DNA from: a virus
Lineage: Duplodnaviria > Caudoviricetes
Length of the DNA stretch: 63,879 bases
Reading direction: 5' to 3' (one strand)
IMG/VR virus record: IMGVR_UViG_3300021425_000033
Span: 1 to 63,879 of that record
Shown: piece after piece, positions 8,849-18,205 of the stretch
How positions within the stretch are numbered: position 1 is the first letter of the stretch
Layout: each line of letters begins with the position of its first letter
The notes under the pieces: model-generated
The model's database searches: none
Told to the model about the DNA's origin: nothing
The model's input: only the letters and a program-made list of their open reading frames with translations
Position numbers and translations under genes: made by a program

Positions 8849-9982
8849 ATGACTGCTACTCTTTCTGGTCCTTCGATTGCTGATCGTAAAAATCGTATTC
8901 GGGAAAAATTCAAAGCAGAAAATCATCAACCTGTTCCTGATAAACTGATTGAAAAAATTATTTTGGGGATAAATACTGAGTCTGAAGTTCTACTGGTTGA
9001 TGCTGGGTGTGTGATTGCACTCTCACTTATTGAGAAAGGACATAATCCAGATAAAATTTTTGTTGCAGAAAACTCTGATGGAGAATATATCAGGGTTGCA
9101 GAAAGACTTTCTGAAATTTATGGATTTCATCATATTCAAATTAATGCTGATAAAATGTCTCCGATTATGAAGTTTGATTATACTCTTGCAAATCCTCCTT
9201 TTAAGGGACAACTTCATTTGGAATTTCTTCAAAATGCATTGAAGACGTCTAAAAATGTAAGATTTATACATCCGTCTGGGTGGTTGTATCGCAATAATAC
9301 TAAATTGGAATCCGACGTTAAAAAAATGTTGGAAAATCGCCTTGTAAAGTTAACATTGTTTAATGGTAACTCAGTTTTTGAAGGAATGGAATTTCAATCT
9401 CCACTTGTAATTACTGAAGCATCTGAGAAATCAGACTCTTTTATTCTAGAGTACAAAACAAATGGTAATCAGTACAAACTGAATAGTATGAATGATCTTC
9501 CCTGTGGTTATTGGGAACCAACTCAAATTAACTTGGAACTAAAAGACTTCATTTATCAAGAAGCATCAAAACAAAGTCTTTATTCACTTTTTGGAACTCA
9601 TAGTGGAGGTTCATATCTGAATATTAATGAGGTTGTTGGACACCATTCTAAGGATTCTTCTTCCTTTTTTATGAGTGACTTTTATACTTTCTTCTACAGA
9701 AATAGTGATATGAATGGTTCTGCAATTCGGGAGAAAGTTGTTAATCTCAACACCGATCAAGAAAGAGATTATCTAGTTTCTTATCTGAAAACAAAATTTG
9801 CAAGATTTGCTCTTGCTTTGAATAAAGTAAACAGTTGGAACATTAGTAAAAGGTATCTGGAGGCAGTTCCGATTCCTTCTCTTGATCGGGATTGGGATGA
9901 TGATTCTGTTAAAGAATTCTATAAACTAACTGAAGATCAGTGGAATTCGATTAACTCTTTCATTCCCGATTATTATCTGTGA
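8849..9982 (+). CDS. N6-adenine DNA methyltransferase, catalytic/TRD part (Eco57I-like), with degenerate SAM-binding motif I
   Basis: KFDYTLANPPF (motif IV), FIHPSGWL, and C-terminal SYLKTKFARFAL...WDD....FYKLT TRD-like tail. The motif I position reads LLVDAGCV with no GxG. Confidence 0.8.
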   Translation: MTATLSGPSIADRKNRIREKFKAENHQPVPDKLIEKIILGINTESEVLLVDAGCVIALSLIEKGHNPDKIFVAENSDGEYIRVAERLSEIYGFHHIQINADKMSPIMKFDYTLANPPFKGQLHLEFLQNALKTSKNVRFIHPSGWLYRNNTKLESDVKKMLENRLVKLTLFNGNSVFEGMEFQSPLVITEASEKSDSFILEYKTNGNQYKLNSMNDLPCGYWEPTQINLELKDFIYQEASKQSLYSLFGTHSGGSYLNINEVVGHHSKDSSSFFMSDFYTFFYRNSDMNGSAIREKVVNLNTDQERDYLVSYLKTKFARFALALNKVNSWNISKRYLEAVPIPSLDRDWDDDSVKEFYKLTEDQWNSINSFIPDYYL

Positions 9983-10036
9983 CAGACTGAGCACTGTCCA
10001 CTCTAGCACCCTGGACCTACTCTGGGGTGCTATAAT
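9979..10036 (+). promoter_or_regulatory. Early-type element E3
   Basis: gtgacagactgagcactgtccac, then hairpin tagcaccc...gggtgcta, then TATAAT at 10031. Confidence 0.75.
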
Positions 10037-10058
10037 GTATTCATACAAAACAACTCCA

Positions 10059-11531
10059 ATGCAAACCACCATCGTCCCCTATCTCTATCAGGATCGTATT
10101 CTTCAAGCAAAACGAGAGAATACAAAAGGTATTCTTGTTGCTGGCACTGGTGCAGGCAAATCCTATACAATGGGTTGGAGTATTCAAGAAAGAATTGCTG
10201 CAGGAGATTCTGTCATTGTTGTAGTTGCTCCTCGTATTCTTCTTGCACAGCAATTGTTTAAGTCCATTGATTCTCTGATTGGAAAAACCGCAACATTTCA
10301 ACACGGATTTGTATACAGTGGCGAAGCAATTCAACGTGAAGAAAAGGAATTGACATCTGAACAGATTCTTGATGCTCATTTCTCCACCACATCTGTTCAC
10401 GACATTCAAGAAGAAAAGGAACGTGCAGATCGTCTTAATGTTCCTTTGATTCTGATGACCACCTATCACTCACTTGAACGTGTGATTGAAAGTGGTATCC
10501 GTATTGATACTGCTTATCTTGATGAAGTACATAATGCTGTATCACTTGAATTCAGTAAGTCCGTAAGACAACTGAGCCAAATTGCAGAGCGTATGTATTC
10601 ATACACTGCAACTCCAAAAAAGACTGATTCTGTAAAGGGTCGTGGTAACAATAACGAAGATGTTTATGGTAAAATCATCTGTGAAGTTACTGCCAAAGAA
10701 TTGATTGATGCGGGTGCGATTGTTCCTCCCAAAATCAATTATTTGTATTCTCATATCAATGCATCTGATGTTGATAATGTTTCACTGACTCGTGACATTG
10801 TTAAGCAAACGTTTGAACACTATGAAGAATACTATTCGCATCTGAATCATAAGATTCTTTTTGCCTGTGATGGAACTGAAACAATCCATCAACTTCAAAC
10901 TCAAACTGACATAGTAAAGTGGGCACAACAAAATGACATTGATATTTTTCTGACCACTTCAAATTATGGTGACTGGGTAAATGGAGTTCAACTGAAGAAT
11001 CGTGCAGAATTTCTTGAAAGACTTCAAGAGTATGGTAAAGATCCTAATCGTAAGATGGCAGTCTTTCATTACTCAATTCTTTCTGAAGGCATTGATGTTC
11101 CTGGACTGACTGGGTGTGTTCTGCTTCGCAATATGAATCCCATCACACTGATTCAGACCATTGGACGTGTTCTGCGTATGCTTCCTGTGGATCGTCGTTC
11201 GATTGCTGAAGGACTTGTAAAAGCAGGTGACACCGATTCTTATGTGAAAGGATTTGGTCTCGTAACCGTTCCCATTCATAAAGATTCTGAAAAGGATTTA
11301 GAAGAAGGTGTTTCTGCAATTTACAATGCTCTATGTGGTATGGGTTTCCCTCCTGAAGTGATTCTGCACGAGGAAGACACCCGTGGTAAGAAAGAAATTA
11401 CCCTTCCTGATGATTTTCAGCAAATCGTTAATCAAAAAATCAAAGAGGTTTCTGCTGATTGGGAATGGGTTTACAAAAAGAACGAATTCTTTGGTGGTGA
11501 TGATGTAGAAGATTGGATTGCTGCACTATGA
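10059..11531 (+). CDS. SF2 (ResIII/Type ISP-like) helicase-ATPase
   Basis: AGTGAGKS Walker A, VAPRILLAQQ, DEVH, YTATP, ILSEGIDVP and QTIGRVLR. Start placed at 10059, downstream of the E3 -10. Confidence 0.9.
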   Translation: MQTTIVPYLYQDRILQAKRENTKGILVAGTGAGKSYTMGWSIQERIAAGDSVIVVVAPRILLAQQLFKSIDSLIGKTATFQHGFVYSGEAIQREEKELTSEQILDAHFSTTSVHDIQEEKERADRLNVPLILMTTYHSLERVIESGIRIDTAYLDEVHNAVSLEFSKSVRQLSQIAERMYSYTATPKKTDSVKGRGNNNEDVYGKIICEVTAKELIDAGAIVPPKINYLYSHINASDVDNVSLTRDIVKQTFEHYEEYYSHLNHKILFACDGTETIHQLQTQTDIVKWAQQNDIDIFLTTSNYGDWVNGVQLKNRAEFLERLQEYGKDPNRKMAVFHYSILSEGIDVPGLTGCVLLRNMNPITLIQTIGRVLRMLPVDRRSIAEGLVKAGDTDSYVKGFGLVTVPIHKDSEKDLEEGVSAIYNALCGMGFPPEVILHEEDTRGKKEITLPDDFQQIVNQKIKEVSADWEWVYKKNEFFGGDDVEDWIAAL

Positions 11532-11935
11532 AAAACAAACACAACGAACTTCTGGGATCTGATATTGAAAGATCAGATGAAAGAATTGATCTTACGGGTG
11601 AAGTTTTTACCCCTTTAGAACTCTGTAATTCGATGATTGATGAGATTCCAGAAGAACAACTCAAAAATCCTAATTCTAAGTTCATAGACCCTGCTGCAGG
11701 TAACGGGAACTTTTTGATTGCACTCAAAACCAAACTTCTAAAATACCACACAGAAGATCACATCCTAAATGAGATGCTCTATGCAGTTGAACTGATGGAG
11801 GATAATCATAGGGAGCTATGTGAGAGACTTGGAGTATCAACAACACATCATCACTACGTTTGTGCTGATGCCCTAGAGTATCATTATTCTTTTAATGGTA
11901 GAACTTCCAAACCAGTGACCATGGACGATTTTTGA
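11528..11935 (+). CDS. Stand-alone SAM-binding half of an N6-adenine DNA methyltransferase
   Basis: GEVFTP (motif X), FIDPAAGNGNFL (motif I), YAVELMEDN and CADAL. No NPPY/F motif IV. Confidence 0.8.
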   Translation: MKNKHNELLGSDIERSDERIDLTGEVFTPLELCNSMIDEIPEEQLKNPNSKFIDPAAGNGNFLIALKTKLLKYHTEDHILNEMLYAVELMEDNHRELCERLGVSTTHHHYVCADALEYHYSFNGRTSKPVTMDDF

Positions 11936-11980
11936 ACTGCCCCTGACTCTGCCCCACTCTGCCCCACTCTGTCCTATAAT
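11922..11980 (+). promoter_or_regulatory. Early-type element E4 with 10-bp tandem repeat in the spacer
   Basis: tggacgatttttgaactgccc, (actctgcccc)x2 actctgtcc, then TATAAT at 11975. Confidence 0.7.
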
Positions 11981-12001
11981 ACATTTGAAACTCAAAATTC
12001 A

Positions 12002-12202
12002 ATGAAAACAAATCGTAAGTTCGTCAACATCAAACCAAAGAGTTCCAAGGCAAAGAACAGATTCTCAAATATCATGCAGAATCTTCATGCAATGGAAGTA
12101 GAACAAGAGACTGATGATAAGTTCTTTCTTGCATCAATCAATCGTCAATACTTTACTTGGATTCCTAAGTGTGGAAATGAGCACTGGGACATCATTAAAT
12201 AG
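12002..12202 (+). CDS. Small cyanophage hypothetical protein, paralog of 27691
   Basis: Both share PKSxKAKNRFxNxM...EQ...FLxSxN. Confidence 0.7.
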   Translation: MKTNRKFVNIKPKSSKAKNRFSNIMQNLHAMEVEQETDDKFFLASINRQYFTWIPKCGNEHWDIIK

Positions 12203-12220
12203 TTCTATATTGGTATATTA

Positions 12221-13556
12221 ATGTTTTTTCTTCCAATTCTATTAGCATCACACATTCCACAAGACCTTTATCTTAGATGTGAGGATTATGAATGGTTGAA
12301 AGAAAGAGCTTTGAGTAGTGAAGTTCTTACTCTAAGTGAGAAGATTAATTTCATCACTCATTGGATGCATCATACAGATTCTAAATGTTTCGAGGACAAA
12401 GAATGAAAGACCAAAATTCAGTTCCAGATAATGAACCACAGGAAATTAAGTTCAATCGTGGTTTAGATTTATTTACAGAATCTGTTCTAAAACCAGACCC
12501 TGAACTTCGTAACTGTGCTCATAATCAAAAGTGTTATCACGAACTGATGTATATTCGTTCATATGTTCTTGACTATCTAAAAACACTTAGGCAATGACTG
12601 AAGGAGAGATGTCAATATACTATTTTTGGTTTATTATATTTGCAATCTTTGCGTATTTAATTATTACGGATGCGTCTATTGCACAATTGACTGTTATCTA
12701 TAGTCAGTGGTGTAGATTGCAATATGAGAAATTGAAATGGTGGATATTGTATAATCCTTCAAATCCAATTGTTAAGTGGAATATGCATAGAAAGTCTATG
12801 AAAATGGCAGAAGAACTGATGAAGGAAATGAATAAAAAGTGAAAGTTACTGAACACAATGTAGATGCTGATTGGAAAGTAGAAGAACTTGATGCTTTAAT
12901 GGAACTTGTAAAGAGGGAAATTAAAGATGGAGGTGATAAATCAATTCAAATGTTTTATGCTAAGATCTATGGTAAACTAATTGGTATAAAACACGAAACA
13001 CAAGACAACTATGGAAAAGAAACTGTATGATGAAGCATTCTATGTCTATAAAAAAGATTATGGACTGTGGTATTCTGTTGACAAAGAAGATAAAGGATTA
13101 GTTACAGCACTCACTGAAGAGGCTTGTGTTCGTGCAACAAGATTTTACCTAAAGTTGAAACAAGACGAAAAAAATGGTATAATGGTTGAAACAAAAACTT
13201 ACTTTGGAGAAGTTGGAGGAAAATTATGACACAACGCACATTTACTGGTAAAACTGGAGATGTCTGGACTTGGGAAGAAACTCCGGAAGTTACAGCAGCA
13301 CTCAAACAACTGCATAAAACTGTCGTGAATAATCGAGTCAACAAACCACACGATTATCAAGGTCCGTTGTATGCTCCTCACCCCGACATTAAGCGTGATG
13401 AATAGTCTACTAGAACGAATTGAGATCCTTGAACGAGAGAATATTGAGACAACAAATGTTCTCTATGAGATTATAACTAGGATAGAATTATTGGAGAACG
13501 ATCGTGTCCTACAACTTGACAAGTTTCGAGAAGGCAATGACAACGTTTGCAAATAG
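12221..13556 (+). other. Run of small overlapping hypothetical ORFs (12221, about 12403, 12594, 12839, 13011, about 13227, about 13398)
   Basis: Tightly packed 50-82 aa ORFs with stop/start overlaps. No recognisable domains. Confidence 0.6.
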
Positions 13557-13671
13557 AATAGACATCATTGTAAATCTAGAAGTTGGTGATAAGATCTCAC
13601 CAGAACAAGCCTATAAAGAAATTAAAGAAGAGTACAAACAACTCAAAAAATTTCATAAAAAAGAAAAATGA
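13504..13671 (+). CDS. Small protein resembling a conserved cyanobacterial family (55 aa)
   Basis: GTG start. FANRIDIIVNLEVGDKISPEQAYKEIKEEYKQLK resembles cyanobacterial FAxxVxxIxxLExGGKISxEEAYxxIKxLWKxLK proteins (from recall). Confidence 0.5.
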   Translation: MSYNLTSFEKAMTTFANRIDIIVNLEVGDKISPEQAYKEIKEEYKQLKKFHKKEK

Positions 13672-14264
13672 CTAACTTTAATTACAAAAAGCATTCTCTT
13701 CAGCATCTTGATGAATGGATTCACGATGCTTTGAATTGTGATGAAATTGCACCAAAAGAAATCTATGATACTATTTTGAATGTTGTAAATGATAGTATTG
13801 AGTATCATCGCAACAATCTTGATCGTGGTGTAGAACTTCTTTCTTTGTTGAAAGGTCATCGTCCTATTGAAATTGAGGAGGCAACAGATAAAGATTGGGA
13901 AGACTTTTGGGAATCTACTGAAGAAGTTTCTAAAGAACAATGGGCTCATCCTGAATCATCACTGTATAAACATTTGCAATATACAGAAGAAGAACTGAAC
14001 GCAATGTGTGATGCTGCTGAAGATAAAGAGAAGTGTCGTGAATATAATCTTCGTGAAGCAGAATACTACACTAAACGAGCAGAACTTGATGCTAAACAAG
14101 ACAAAGTAATCAAGTGGCAACTTCCTGTTCAAGTTGATGAATTGTCTGGTGATTGTTTTGTTGAGTTTCCTGATGACTTATTGAAATCTGCAAACCTCAA
14201 AGAGGGAGATCAGGTAAAATGGGTTGATAAAGGTGATGGTTCTTATCTGTTGATTAAAACATAA
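13668..14264 (+). CDS. Hypothetical protein with C-terminal AbrB/MazE-like DNA-binding domain
   Basis: FVEFPDDLLKSANLKEGDQVKWVDKGDGSYLLIK fits the swapped-hairpin consensus. Confidence 0.65.
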   Translation: MTNFNYKKHSLQHLDEWIHDALNCDEIAPKEIYDTILNVVNDSIEYHRNNLDRGVELLSLLKGHRPIEIEEATDKDWEDFWESTEEVSKEQWAHPESSLYKHLQYTEEELNAMCDAAEDKEKCREYNLREAEYYTKRAELDAKQDKVIKWQLPVQVDELSGDCFVEFPDDLLKSANLKEGDQVKWVDKGDGSYLLIKT

Positions 14265-17200
14265 TGTATACGATTAAAATTCTTGCACCTGTTTTGATGG
14301 GACTATGTGCAAATAACTTTTTGAATGAACAGGGTGAATATTGTAATATCAATCAAACACCGTCACCTGTAGTAAAATACTATGAACCTGGAAAGTCCTG
14401 CTATGTAAATGGAACTTTCTATCGTAAATGTGAGGATCGTAATGGCACTAAGTAAATCTGTAGAAGAAAGTTTGAAAGAAGCGGAGGCATCACTTCGTAA
14501 TGCCCTTGCTTTTGCTGCTCGTCAAGAAAGACCAGTAGTATGCACTACTATTTCTAAAGTCATTCAAGAGATTGAAACACTTCAAAGTTTTGATAGTTTG
14601 ATGGATAAACTTGAGAATCGTATGAAAGGAGATTCTGGTGATTTTGGCACATTCTTTAGAGAGTAAAGAACTATTAACCAATCCCAAAGAAAACATTAAG
14701 AAACATCACAACCTACTTAAATACTGTTAGAATATCAACACAAACATTGGAGTATAAAATGACTCTTGCCAGAACTGGTGGTTCAAATCTAACAGTTGAT
14801 GAGTGGAATGAATTAAATGCTCTTCGAGATGCAATCAATACAAATCCCGCGTCAGTTCATCCAGAAAAACAAGAAAGATTCACTGAACTCTTCGTAAGGT
14901 CACTCGAAGGTAAAGGAAACACGGAGCCTTCAAAGTGTCATAGTAGTGTAACCACAACCCTACGAAACCCTCTTGCATCATAAAGGATAATGAATCAAAC
15001 AACTAAAACTATTCTTGCACTTCAACAAATAGATAACATCATAAATCTAATAGAAGGCAATGAGTATCAACAGTTTCTTTATGGGCATCTTATTTCTGTC
15101 AAAATTGAACTTGAAAGACAGTTGACTAATCTTACACACACTGATAAACTTAAGGGGTAATTAACAACATACAATGGCACAAAAGTTTCTCTATATCGTA
15201 GATCACTTCGTTGGATTTCCTCAATCTGAATTTGGTGGAGTATGGAATGTTATTGCAGAACATGATGATGAATGTTTTGATTTGATTTCTGGAGTTGATA
15301 ACGGAGAGTATGAAAGTTGTTATGTAAATCTTCGCAGCAACATTGTTAAAGCACCTCGTTTTGCTCTTGCTGATGTTGTAGAATCTGAAGTGATTGATCG
15401 TTTCATTACCTGATGTCTGTCAAGTTTCTACATAAAGCACCTGATGGGTTTCATTATAGTCAAACACAATTCAAACGCAATATAACTGCCATTTGGATTC
15501 ATTATGAACGTAGATTTGACTACAATAACGGTGAACCAGTTAAGTGTATCTGGGGATTCTTTAATTCCAAAACCAAACAATGGCACTCACCAGTTAATTC
15601 ATCAACAGTAGGTGATGTAGTGGACCCTGCAAGGACTACACCTTATTCTGCAATGTTACTCAATCTTAATCCCCTAGAAGCATGTTTCCAATGAATACCA
15701 ATCAAGTCGTGGATGAAATCGAAGCATACTGGAACAATCGTATGTGCCAATTAGTGTCAGAAAACCGACTGGATGACTCTGATGCTCTATATCTAGAGTT
15801 TGTTGTTGATGGAGAAGAACCTGAATACTGGAGTGCTTAAATGGTATTTGTTGAGGGAACCACAGTATCGTATAAAAAAGTTAAAGGAGTGATCGCCTTT
15901 GTAGATGACAAATCAATTTCAATTCTTGTCAGTAAAGGTCATCATAAATCTCATGATGTTCGTGTAGTGGTGTATAAATCAGATTTCCATCTTATTCATC
16001 CACTTGAACAAAAATGAACTCAAAATCTAAAATTTTTTTTAGTGTCTGGTGGTGTGCTTATCAACGCAGGTGGATATATAAAGGAACTGGTGTAGAGGAG
16101 GAAGATGAGATTTCGTGATATTGAGTTTCTGCGTGGTGTTGGTGCATTTGCTGCAACCTCCACTGTATTCATTGCTATTCTGATCGTGCTTGCTTACTTT
16201 AGTTCAGGTGGTGAACCTCTGAAATCATCTTTTGAGGTTGTTGACAAATACAAAGAGTGTGATGTGGTAAGATACGCACCACACCAAGTAGCAGAGTACA
16301 AGTATTTCCTTTATTGTGAGAAGAACAAATGACTGAACGAGACCTAAAACAACAACTCCAATATTCCTACTATGAGGATATGGAGGATGGTAGAACAACT
16401 GAAACGATTGATTATGATGCCTTGATTGAAATTATTGATGATTTGTATGATAAAATTGAAACACTTCAAAGAGATAATGAAATTCTAAAATCTTATGCTT
16501 GGGAACGATGAATGAAGACATGCCATGGGTTAATCTCACACAAGAGGAAGTAGATGAACTTCGCAACAAGAAACACGAACTCACTGAATACGGCAAACAG
16601 AAGTTGAAAGAAATGATGACACACGAAGAAATGTTGGAAATTGCTGAAAAAAGAGAGGCAGAGAATAGACCATTCTATCGTTTCTTTGCTATCGAATACT
16701 TTGCTACTGGAGAGGGTATGTCTTTCTGGTTGAAAGTATGTCGTAACTATCCACCACACAATGATAGAGATTACGATTTAGAAAGATTCGCTAAGTTTAT
16801 TGGTGAAGGTGCAGAGTATTATCTACATGGTTTGGAAACTCCAACACAAGAGGAGTTTATGGAAAAGTATGCTAAACTTATCCCACCATACATTGTGAAA
16901 ATGATTGAACGTAGAGACCAACCAGGGTTTGATTGGGAAACCCACCTTTACTTTAACTACTCATGATCCGCACAACAAAATCTATCACTTAAACATTTCT
17001 GCTGATGGTGATAAACTGAGATACTATTAGAGTGATGAAACCCCGTGACTGATAAATCTAAAATCTTCTACAACATCTGGTGTTGTGCTTATCAACGCAG
17101 GTGGATATATAGAGGAACTGATAGAGAGCACAGAGAACACGAAACTGTTCGTATGTGTCTTGATATGAAAGATGTGACTTTTTATAAGTTTGATTCAGAA

Positions 17201-17633
17201 AAACCTCACTACTTAAAAAGATGAAAAATTTTTGGGAACGTTATTGGAAATGGAGTGATAAAATCAATGCACCATTTCGTGAACATAAAGAAAGACTGAT
17301 TCTTTATGTTGTATTAGCACAAACTGTCTTAGTAACTATTGGATTGCTTAATTTGTTTAAGACAAATAATCAGCAGTTAATTATGCTTTGTCGTCCAATA
17401 AATTTTAGTGATGTAATATGTGTTCAGGCAGAAGTTATAGAAGAATAGAGGAAATTGGAATGATTAGTACTGAACTATTCCCATATACTTCTTTTCCAAT
17501 TCGTTTAGAGTTTATGGAAGGAAAGCATTCCAGAGTTTGTTATTTCCAAGATAAAACACATCTCAATAAATATCTTATCAAACATAAAATCAACAAGAAA
17601 ACTGCTAATATTCTTTACAATGAAGAAACCTAA
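14264..17633 (+). other. Run of small hypothetical ORFs (14264, 14442, 14759, 14990, 15174, 15413, 15691, 15841, 16014, 16105, 16329, about 16508, 17045, 17221, 17460)
   Basis: Dense 34-155 aa ORFs. Internal sigma70-like promoter TTGACT-17-TAAACT at 15122-15150. Confidence 0.6.
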
Positions 17634-17892
17634 AAATTGGTGGTATATTTGGAGTAAATCTCTTGGAGAAAAGGCATCATCATGCAATAAGACATCAGAT
17701 AAGGTTAAAGTCAATCGTGAGGAGTTCTTCAACACTCTCAATGCTTGGGGCAAAGATCCTAACAAGAAGTTCGGTCTCTGTGTTGTTCCTGTTTATTCGC
17801 AGGTTGGTATTGCTACCGAGCGAGCATTGCAGAACATTGTTGATACTGTGTTTGAAAAAGGTGAACTTCTTGATAGTGTGGTGCGTCGATGA
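17620..17892 (+). pseudogene. Chimeric deletion remnant: N-terminus of the 20569 family fused to two fragments of an SF2 helicase
   Basis: WSKSLGEKAS matches 20569 WAKAIGEKAS. KVNREEFFNTLNAWGKDPNKKF and GLCVVPVY...VVRR match two non-adjacent parts of helicase 21369. Confidence 0.8.
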
Positions 17893-18107
17893 AATTCAAA
17901 TATACTAACAGTAATATCCTAGAAGCAAATCCTGGTCCTGTTGGATTTATTATTGGTAAAGGTGAATATGCTGCCATTCCTTATGGTAATCAACTGATGA
18001 TTATTCACAACGGACAACAACTCAAAGTGTGTAGAAATGAGAAATCTGCTCATAACTTTATTGAAAATCACAAAAAGCAACAACAGAAACAGGGAACCCC
18101 TAAGTAG
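17889..18107 (+). CDS. Small cyanophage hypothetical protein
   Basis: 72-aa ORF overlapping the upstream stop: YAAIPYGNQLMIIHNGQQLKVCR. Confidence 0.65.
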   Translation: MKFKYTNSNILEANPGPVGFIIGKGEYAAIPYGNQLMIIHNGQQLKVCRNEKSAHNFIENHKKQQQKQGTPK

Positions 18108-18156
18108 CAAGTAAAAAGCAAATAAGCACAAGAACATTGTGGACGGTGGTTGATAG

Positions 18157-18183
18157 AGAGGGTCGGAAATGACCCTCTTTTTT
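18157..18183 (+). terminator. Rho-independent terminator
   Basis: agagggtc-ggaaat-gaccctct followed by a T run. AATAAATA late promoter follows directly at 18184. Confidence 0.8.
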
Positions 18184-18205
18184 AATAAATATTTGAAAAA
18201 GTGTT

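Noticed and set aside
14924-14990. Possible additional early element
   Set aside because: A right arm (aagtgtca) and an E2-like spacer are present, but there is no -10 box at the 35-37 nt spacing. Probably degenerate.
17028-17030. TAG recoding suggested by an in-frame stop
   Set aside because: TAG ends several credible genes (e.g. 18107, 20107, 33260) and long genes need no read-through. A pseudogene is simpler.
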